Shown here piece by piece: positions 22,457-31,023 of a DNA stretch of 44,932 nt. The stretch lies in NCBI GenBank assembly GCA_032718475.1, contig JAUCBJ010007638.1:1-44932 (forward strand), read 5' to 3'. How positions within the stretch are numbered: position 1 is the first letter of the stretch; the number at the start of each line of letters is the position of its first letter. The position numbers and the translations under genes are program-made. The DNA is from Nemertoderma westbladi. Lineage: Eukaryota > Animalia > Xenacoelomorpha. A model generated the notes under the pieces. It saw only the letters and a list, made by a program, of their open reading frames with translations. It was not told the DNA's origin and made no database searches.

Positions 22457-24075
22457 ATCTGCTATCTGAGTTTATTAATATTAGTATGAGTCAATATTTA
22501 GGTAAGCGGGCGTCGCTGCCTACTAGTCTTTGACCCCGGACAGTGGGTTTCTCAGCGCCGATGTACCGTTGTCGCGGTGTTTGCGCCAACATGTAGCAAC
22601 AGCACGACAACGATAATCGACACAAGTCCCACCACTGTCCGTCCCAAAGGCTTGAATCCACTTGAGGTTATCTCGGTAGAGTTAGGCTACTTTACAATTG
22701 CGATTAGCTACTGTAAACACACTTTAGTAGTATCATTCACCTATAAACGCACAAATTCCATACAATCATTACTTACTGCACACATGCAAGCCATTTTGTC
22801 CGTTAGTCATTGTCTTCCAGAATGTCACGTTATTACTATGTATCCTTGGATACTAATAGTGCGCTATGTATTCTCTTATGCTACGCAATGGGGCAAGCCT
22901 TTATTGTTCCTTTAACTTGCTTCTAATTCCAGCGTGGGTGTTGCCATGGTGACATTATGGAAAACTAGCGGTAGAATTAGGGTAATTCTCATGCATACAG
23001 ATCTGGGATGTTATTTAATAGTAATTCTTTAATTGTCAATATCCTCTTTATGCATGATTTTATAAATTTTATCGGCTATTGACTATATGTTGGAGATTCT
23101 CACACTCTAATACACTCAATATGAATCTCCGCTCCCATGATCTATTAATTACTGGAATTTTGGGAATGTTATAAATTGCACAAAATGACAATTTATGAAA
23201 TTCATTTGAATATGAATTTAAATTTATTCCCGTGAATTTTATTATTTGATGTTAAATTGACACAAATTTTATTCCAGAGCATATCTGGGGACTTAGGATC
23301 CTTAATTCTATAAAATAGTCCTTCTAAGAATATCGGTAAATACTGCGATATCTTAATTGACTAGAAATTTTAAAGGATCGGGATTTTACAGATTTTAATA
23401 AATATTAAATTAATATTTAGGATGGGCACCGATTTATTCCAGAACTTGTCTGGGGACATTAACCACTGATTCTAGAATTTGTCTTTCAAGTATATCGGTG
23501 GGTGCCGCGATATCTTAATCGACTAGAATTACAGATGGTCAAAAGTTTAACAGATTTATTTGCGATTTACGCTACTGTTAGAGGGACATCACGCTACTAT
23601 ATGTATTATTTGTTATAAGATAGAAAAGCAATATCGCACGAAGCAATGTCAGTGTGAAGAGGCAAGTCGTTTCCAAGGTCTACCCAGAGCTTGGTTTAGC
23701 AGAGACACGAGGATCTGAACTTTGCATTCCTAATACTCTGCCTACCAATAATACTTAAATATAGTAGTGGCTTTATTGTACTTTAATAAGTACGGACATG
23801 TCATCTTACTATAGTCTCGCATTTATAATATAATACGGACAGTAAGGAAAGAGAAAATAATTACTTCTTGCCGTCGCACTAAATATATTGTAAGTAATTA
23901 AATACGTAATAAACACTAATATATTGCACTAATTTACTAAATAATCCCTAAAATAACATTCTACCAAATAAAATTAAAGAAAACGATTATAATAATATTA
24001 CATAATAATACATACATAAATATAAAATAAAAACAAATATAAAATGATATAGTCACACACCCACTCCATATGTTA

Positions 24076-27000
24076 TTACGTTATGGAGTCCCTAGATATT
24101 TGTCGGATTAGGGAAGTGGTCGTAGGAAGAGTATCTTGCCTTCCATAGTTTCCGGACAGTTTTTGGTCTCTTTCCAGTAAACATAAACGACCAGCTGGGT
24201 GATTGGGTTGTCGTGTTACTTTCTCCGCTCCCTTGGCCTGTCTACTCTGCGCCGTGGTAAGATGAGGAGGCCATTCATCTTCTTCTTTACTTAGGGAGTC
24301 GGGTCCACCTAACCAGCCGGGAGTATCTATCCGTTCTTGAGGAGTCGCTCCTCTGGAAGCGATGTCGGCTAGATTAATCATTTCGGGGCGATGTCTCCAT
24401 TGTTCTTCATTGGAGTTAATATCGTCATTATCTGAGGAGTATGGTGTTCCCTCAGTTAGTTCGTCCACTTCACTGCTCCCCACTTCCCAACCATTTATCT
24501 GGCATATTCTTTCTGGTGGTAGTCTCTCTTCGAGAGTTCTGCGGGAAGGGCCAGTAAAGTACCAACCTACTCTAGTTCTTACCGCATAGGTTTGTAGTGG
24601 CTGCGGTTGAGCAGGTCGTTTTTCCAATGTCTCGAGCGCCTCGTGCGCGTTTTGGCCGATAAGTATTTGCACTCCAGGATAATCCGTTTGGAATCGAGGT
24701 ATTTTAAGTTGTTGGATGCTCTTGTCCTCGTCCCAATTATAAAGGTCTGCTTGGGTAGTAGCGAAGTTCTTTATAGCCACCATTTTTACTGACCTTATAC
24801 TTTGTGCTCCTAATTTATCCTGGGGGGTGGACAACGCACCTACATAGTAATCTGCCGTTATGGTAGATTTCCAAACCTGCATAATTCCGGACATATTCAA
24901 CTTAGTTTGGAATTTGGGTTGTCCAGCAAAGATATCTTCGGCTAGTTCTTGATCGATGAATGTTCCTGTGCTGCCGGAGTCAAGTAGGGCGTTCACTATG
25001 TAACTCTTGTTAAGACCGTGAACTCTTACTTGAACTACAGGAAATTCTCTGATTCCTACGTTGGAAGCTGGAGCTTTCCAAGATGGTTGTTTGTCAAAGG
25101 TGGTTGGGGGGAACTCCGTGTCAGTGTCTTTTTCGTACGTAAGTGCTCGATACACTGCGGTATTTATTAGATAACAGGATTCATTGGCATCGGAGAATTC
25201 GTCCGTATAGAATCCTTCCCACTCAGAACTTTGGTCAGTGTCGTTCTCATCACTGAATTGGACATGTGATTTGGGCTCACTTACCTGACTCGGGCTGTTT
25301 CGTTCGAATTCACTTTGTAACAAGATGTGATGTTTCGCACCGCACTTTGCACACTTTATGTCGGAGTAACAGGTTCGCCGCTGGTGTCCGCGTCTGAGGC
25401 AATTATAGCATAATCGCTTGTCCCACACAACTGTACGTCTGTCTACAAGGGATTTCTTTAGGAATTCCGCACACGCACTCAAACGGTGGGGCCCGTCGCA
25501 CAGCGCACAGTTGGGTTTAATGTTACTCACCTTATTTTGGGTGACGTTATGCACTCTAGTTCTTTCTTCGGGCTTTCTTCCGTGTACTCTGTTAGGAAAC
25601 TGAAGAGGAGTCTTAGCAACCTGTTCTCTCCTGTCATGGGTTCGAGCTTTAGATTTACTTACGTTCTTTGAGGTCTTGTTAACATAGTAAAATTTCTCGG
25701 TGTCTTTCTCGCTGTCTTCTTCTTGAGAAGCTAGGCTTTCGCCGTCATCAGTATAACACACCGGTGTTACTCTTCTCCTAGAAACGGGTTTCTCACTTAC
25801 CTTATTTTCCGGTGTTTTCTCTCTGGATTGCTTTAGGAGTTGTAATTTCACTTCGCCATCCAAGAATGACATGAGATCAGCCATGGTAGGGTCTCGTTGT
25901 TGTTGTTCCATCGTATATAACACCTTCTTGTCCCAGCGTGTACCTACTCCACCCTTGGGCAAAGTAGATGCTAAGGCTCCTACAACCATAGAATTCTGGT
26001 ATTCATGAGACTTACCTAACCAATCTAGTTGTCTACAGATCTCCTGAATCTCATCGGAAAACTCTATAATCCCGCTGCTAAGAAACTTTCGGGGGGCCAT
26101 TAATTTCGCATATAAATACCTAGCTATGTTATTCCTATTACCATACCTGATGTTTAGTGTATCCCAAACTTGTCTTAATCCATCTGGATGTCCAATAAAT
26201 TTTAACGCCATTGACTTGGGAGGTCCTTCCAAGCACTCGATGAGGAATCTAAGTTTCTCTCCGTTGGATAACACAGAGTTCTGTATGTTATCTTTATAAT
26301 ATTCATTAAAAGGTAACCATTTCATCTCATCTCCATTGAATTTGACGATCTCTCCAACCTTTACCGCTTGCCGGGCTTCGGTTCTAGCCATTTGACGCGT
26401 AAAACTTTCTTGGGCCATCGTGTTATTGAATATCGAGTTATCGGTATATAAATTTCTCGAATTATTATCAAGTCTATTGGGAATGTCATTAACAACAGGC
26501 GTATAATCACCCTTAATAGGGTTTGCTATAGGAGTTTCTACTTCACTAGCAGTATAGATGCGTGTAGGCTCCACACCTTGCGCATGTAATACTTCAGACC
26601 TAACAGGCTGACACACTGTTACAGGGGTTATTGGTATTCCCTTTTGTAGGTTGACTAATTTGTCGCATTCTAGTGCGATACTTTGCTGCACTTTTTGCAA
26701 CTCTAACCTACTTTCCCTCACCGTTCCCTTAAGTTGGTGGACAGTCTCCTGCATCTGTCCTAACAGGAGATTCATCCCCCGCCGTCCCTCCTCCACCCAC
26801 TCAACCGCTGAAGCGGGAGTCGCCAACATAGTAGCGGGCTGACGCGGGACGACGGGAGACAAATTATTGATTTCTCTCTCTGCTATCTGGACAGGGGTAT
26901 TTGAATGGACTGTTCCACCGGGTACAGGCAGTGTAGTGCTATGTAAAGGGAATTTAGAGTTAAGCTCTGGAAGTGTAGGGGTCTCTAGCACAGAAGTGAC

Positions 27001-28698
27001 TTTGGGAACTACAGGCCTAATTATTTCAGGTTCATCGACTATAGTAGGGAGCCTTTTGACCTGGATAAATTGTTCTATGGGTTCTGCACTACCTAAATCT
27101 GTGCTAGTTAGCTGTCTTTTAACAGCTGGGGGCAAATCAGGCAATTTACGACGGTAATATGTTTTTCTACGCCTACTTAGATGAGATCTATCTCCTCCGC
27201 CTTCAGGGTCGGTAGTATCGCCTTCTTCCGATGATGTGTACCCCTGGCGCTTGGGAGTAGATTTTCTCATCATCTGCATTTGATTAGCAGTAAACTGTTT
27301 ATTTATACTGTCTTGTGTCTCTTGCAGATTTTCCAACTCCAGTTGGGTAGTCTGCTCAGAGGCTCTCCGTTCTGCTTCGGCTACTGCTCTTTCCGCCTTT
27401 GCTTCTGCCGCCGCTACCCTTCCTTTTGCTTCTGCTTCTGCCGCTGCTGCCCTTGCTGCTATTCGTTCTGCTTCTGCTTCTGCCTTAGCCTCCGCCATAG
27501 CCGCTGTTTTTTGTTCCTCTATCCTTCTTTTCTTTATTTGTTCTTCTCGGACTCTAGTGAGGCGGAGTTTTTCATCACATTCAGCTTGGTTTGCAGCTAA
27601 CATTTCGGCATCGATCGAGTCCAATATAAGCTTGGTTCCTTCACTATTAGGGGAAAGTCCATGTAGCCGTCTCCTCAACTCTTCGTCTCCTAGGAATCGC
27701 TGATAGTCGGACAAATAAATGTCGATAGCGTCTCTAGTTCGCGGTTTCTCGGCGGCCTCTTCGCTTTCCTCTTGGGCAAGGGTGACATCAGTTTGTTCGG
27801 AGACATCAGTTGGTTCCTCATAGATTGATCTCTCAGCCAGCTGGGATTTCCACGGGGCTGTTTCCTGTACTTTGAGATCTACTCGATGTAGCCAAGTTTT
27901 GACAGCAACCTGCAGCGACGTGTCCTGTCTTCTTTTGGAAGTTTCCTCAAAGGCTGAGAGGATTAGTCGAATGCGTAGGGTTCTTTCGCGTATTTGATAT
28001 AGCAGTTCTTCCTGCTCTTGAGGTCCGTGAGGTTGTCGAAACAGTTGTTCCTCCAATCGCTCCAAGGATCCGAAGAATCCCTGCACATATCCTGCTGCCG
28101 ACCTCTTCCAAACAGCTGGATCCACTGTATCTTTGGCCACTCCCATCCTGTGTATATCTTCCCAAGTAGCCTCGGACATATCAAACGGAAGTCCGAGTCC
28201 GGGAAAGTTCCATTGTGATTCAACAATAGATCTCAATTCTTCCCTGGCGTATCCCGCGTAATTATCTTGGGTCGCTTGCTTATTCTTCGCCCAGTCGGTT
28301 TGATGTTCTTCCACCGCAATGAGTATAGTAGTCAGGACTGCAGCAGGAAGAGTAAGAAGGGGGTCCGAGTAGACTGTATCAGCCATCTGCACTCCATGTT
28401 CGGGAGTCAACTCTACAGTATCCGAACTGCTGGAGCTATCCAGTCTCTGGGAAGTAGGTTCTTGACCAAGATGTTGCTGCGATAGGACAGCTGCCTCTTG
28501 GTCCCGTTTTACCTGTGCCCGAGTGCCTATGATGGACCTATGGTGGACTAGCCTAGGGTCTGATACTACTAGAGGGATGACCTTTTTTACAGTAGGAGGT
28601 GAGCCGAACTTCTCTTTTATTCGCTCCACACTTCTATCTGAATCACAGATAGTGGTCTCGATCAGACTGTCCGACAGGTTTTGCTGAGTGTCAGACAT
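24076..28698 (-). CDS. BEL/Pao Gag-protease polyprotein (1540 aa) with RNase H and integrase C-terminal remnants; no RT or integrase core
   Basis: DUF1759-like gag core (KFNGDEMKWLPF...LSNGEKLRFLIECLEG...LNIRYGN); BEL triple knuckle (CALCDGPHRLSAC...CYNCLRRGHQRRTC...CAKCGAKHHILL); aspartic protease (ALLDSGSTGTFI...ILIGQN...RTRVGWYFTGP). No YVDD or DDE region. Confidence 0.92.
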   Translation of the reverse strand: MSDTQQNLSDSLIETTICDSDRSVERIKEKFGSPPTVKKVIPLVVSDPRLVHHRSIIGTRAQVKRDQEAAVLSQQHLGQEPTSQRLDSSSSSDTVELTPEHGVQMADTVYSDPLLTLPAAVLTTILIAVEEHQTDWAKNKQATQDNYAGYAREELRSIVESQWNFPGLGLPFDMSEATWEDIHRMGVAKDTVDPAVWKRSAAGYVQGFFGSLERLEEQLFRQPHGPQEQEELLYQIRERTLRIRLILSAFEETSKRRQDTSLQVAVKTWLHRVDLKVQETAPWKSQLAERSIYEEPTDVSEQTDVTLAQEESEEAAEKPRTRDAIDIYLSDYQRFLGDEELRRRLHGLSPNSEGTKLILDSIDAEMLAANQAECDEKLRLTRVREEQIKKRRIEEQKTAAMAEAKAEAEAERIAARAAAAEAEAKGRVAAAEAKAERAVAEAERRASEQTTQLELENLQETQDSINKQFTANQMQMMRKSTPKRQGYTSSEEGDTTDPEGGGDRSHLSRRRKTYYRRKLPDLPPAVKRQLTSTDLGSAEPIEQFIQVKRLPTIVDEPEIIRPVVPKVTSVLETPTLPELNSKFPLHSTTLPVPGGTVHSNTPVQIAEREINNLSPVVPRQPATMLATPASAVEWVEEGRRGMNLLLGQMQETVHQLKGTVRESRLELQKVQQSIALECDKLVNLQKGIPITPVTVCQPVRSEVLHAQGVEPTRIYTASEVETPIANPIKGDYTPVVNDIPNRLDNNSRNLYTDNSIFNNTMAQESFTRQMARTEARQAVKVGEIVKFNGDEMKWLPFNEYYKDNIQNSVLSNGEKLRFLIECLEGPPKSMALKFIGHPDGLRQVWDTLNIRYGNRNNIARYLYAKLMAPRKFLSSGIIEFSDEIQEICRQLDWLGKSHEYQNSMVVGALASTLPKGGVGTRWDKKVLYTMEQQQRDPTMADLMSFLDGEVKLQLLKQSREKTPENKVSEKPVSRRRVTPVCYTDDGESLASQEEDSEKDTEKFYYVNKTSKNVSKSKARTHDRREQVAKTPLQFPNRVHGRKPEERTRVHNVTQNKVSNIKPNCALCDGPHRLSACAEFLKKSLVDRRTVVWDKRLCYNCLRRGHQRRTCYSDIKCAKCGAKHHILLQSEFERNSPSQVSEPKSHVQFSDENDTDQSSEWEGFYTDEFSDANESCYLINTAVYRALTYEKDTDTEFPPTTFDKQPSWKAPASNVGIREFPVVQVRVHGLNKSYIVNALLDSGSTGTFIDQELAEDIFAGQPKFQTKLNMSGIMQVWKSTITADYYVGALSTPQDKLGAQSIRSVKMVAIKNFATTQADLYNWDEDKSIQQLKIPRFQTDYPGVQILIGQNAHEALETLEKRPAQPQPLQTYAVRTRVGWYFTGPSRRTLEERLPPERICQINGWEVGSSEVDELTEGTPYSSDNDDINSNEEQWRHRPEMINLADIASRGATPQERIDTPGWLGGPDSLSKEEDEWPPHLTTAQSRQAKGAEKVTRQPNHPAGRLCLLERDQKLSGNYGRQDTLPTTTSLIRQISRDSIT

Positions 28699-30039
28699 AT
28701 TTAGTTATACAGTTGAATGTCTACTACTATAGTTTCAGTTAAAGCAAGTCTAGTAATTCAGTATGACCGCAAGCCTAGCGATTTATTACCGGTACCGTTA
28801 CTCGGTGTAACGTGATATATACACAATATATTAGAATACCGGTATGCTTATAATATATAAGTATTATTACAGACTAGATTTGTCACAGAGTACCGGTATA
28901 TAATTTTAGCACAAATATATATATATATATAGTAGGCCTATAATGAATACCGGTATACAGCCTACACTTACAGCATGTAAGTATAATTATGAACTAGAAT
29001 TAATTACAGAATACCGGTATGATTTCCGCTCAAATATATAGTGATAAATATAATAAGCCTATAATGAGTACCGGTATGTCAATTATTTTAGGATATTTGA
29101 ATCTCTGAATATTTTAGGGCTACTTGGTTACTTTAACTTACTTTATTACCGTTATTTAAGCAGTAGTCCAACTGACAGTGAGACCTAGTTTTTGTATGAC
29201 AGGCCTACTATTTATAAATCGTTTGATTTGATTTATAATATTTATATACCCGTTATATGGGTTTTTTGTCAATATTTGAAATAAATGTTATTATTTCTGG
29301 GGGTCACTACACAGAAGCTGAACGCCTCTCAGTGAAGTGCTATTTATTTGACACTAAAACTGATAATTCTAATTTACCTAAGTTACTTAATACTACGAAT
29401 TACTTACGATACGGGTGAGATTAATTCTCTAATTAAACACAACAAAATATTACGGACGAAATTTTTTAGGGTAATTTTACAGGAAGTCTACAAACCAGTC
29501 CAACAAAGGGTTAGATTTCTGGCTATTACAAAGGACAGGGTACTACGGTATTTAAATAATAAGTAGTAGTAAATATATTGTACTGTCCAGATAGGAAAAT
29601 ACCACCGCCTGACGACCTATAACCGTATCGCTATAGGTACAACGTTATGTATCACGGATTGTTCCTACCCAGAAGTTAATAGAGCTAACGAATGTGCCTA
29701 TCAACCACTTTACAACACAAATATACTGCCTACACTAATTACTTCGGAAGGCACTGTACTCTAAACCCTAAATTAGGTACAAGTACCGGTATAACAAATA
29801 ATCAGTAGTTAAATATACTTGAACAGTTAAAAGAACCACGGCATCTGCTGGAGTGACCGAAGCACAAAGTCGTCAGTCTTTACCTACGCCAAGCAGCCCT
29901 GATGTAGTACCGGGGTTAGTTTAACTATAACGGTATGTATAACAAGCACAATTACTGTAGGAATAAACTTGGGGACATGAATGTTGCGAATAATCGCATA
30001 AACTCTGAATAATAAATATTACGCTACCCGTACAGAACA

Positions 30040-30580
30040 CTCAAACAAATACAAACCAAACGCTGGCAGACTACTATCAAGCCTAAACAAACTACTGTAT
30101 GTGCAGATTCTGAAACTGTTAGTTAGTATGCGTGCTAACACGGTAGTACGACTTACTCTTTAAGAGGGGATTGACCTTACAGTGTTGACTGCCCCAACTT
30201 ACTAACGGCACTTGATCAGACCAACTCTACACACGCAGCAATCCCTTCAGACCTAAAAATAGCTAGACAACAATCCAGCCTACAAAATATCTGAGTAATA
30301 ACTATTACGGTACCTGAACAGACCACACAAACAAACACAGGCCAAAACACTGGCAGACTACGATCAAGCCTAAATAAACTACGGTATATGCAGACTCTGA
30401 AACTGTTAGTTAGTATGCGTGCTAACACGGTAGTACGACTTACTCTTTAAGAGGGGATTGACCTTACAGTGTTGACTGCCCCAACTTACTAACGGCACTT
30501 TATCAGACAAACTCTACACACGCCGTAATCTCTCCAAACCCAACCACAGTCAGACAGCAGCTCAGCCTACAATTATCTGA
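30040..30580. repeat. About 287-bp tandem duplication in the element leader
   Basis: TGGCAGACTA starts at 30064 and 30351; long identical blocks (CTGAAACTGTTAGTTAGTATGCGTGCTAACACGG...ACTAACGGCACTT). Confidence 0.9.
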
Positions 30581-31010
30581 ACAATCTGAGTAGGGTCACA
30601 CGCCTTCTGCTCAATATTAGCCTACTAGTAAATAAAACTGACAGAAATAGACCTAAGTAAAATCCCAATAAAAACCAGGCGTCCCCGATTTAATATCGAG
30701 ACCTACCGGTATACAACAATCAAAATCGAATAATACTAATGTACTTGTACAGCAGTACCGGTACCGGTGATGACAGTTAGGCCTACTGACCTACAAAGTA
30801 CCGGTTCAGTTTTACCGGTCACTACGGTATTTTGCAACCCTATTGCCTACTGCAATAAGATTGTAAACCGTTACTGTTCGCCAGAACAGTATTAAACTGT
30901 ATTTAATGCCTACACTTGCAACCTTATTGCCTACTGCAATAAGATTTATAAACTGTTACTGTTCGACAGAACAGTATTAAGCTGTATTTAATGCTTACAC
31001 TGCAATACAA

Positions 31011-31023
31011 TATAAACTGTTAC
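31011..31023 (-). promoter_or_regulatory. Non-tRNA primer-binding site, complementary to own LTR (putative self-priming)
   Basis: Sense GTAACAGTTTATA starts at the first nt after the 5' LTR and is the exact reverse complement of sense TATAAACTGTTAC at 31796-31784. No TGG-type tRNA PBS. Confidence 0.75.

Noticed and set aside
21201-24075. env gene, or RT/integrase in another frame
   Set aside because: No signal peptide/TM ORF of suitable size and no YxDD or DDE motifs seen; 22500-24075 is AT-rich and closed in all frames apart from short ORFs.
24362-28485. Short antisense and alternate-frame ORFs inside the gag gene
   Set aside because: Shadows of the long ORF; for example the Cys/Phe-rich 27280-27600 mirrors the Ala/Glu repeat.
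29606-29645. Second hammerhead (CTGACGA followed by a stem); similar partial matches at about 4353 and 8004-8010 (minus)
   Set aside because: No GAAA-stem III-NUH arrangement with a closing stem I.
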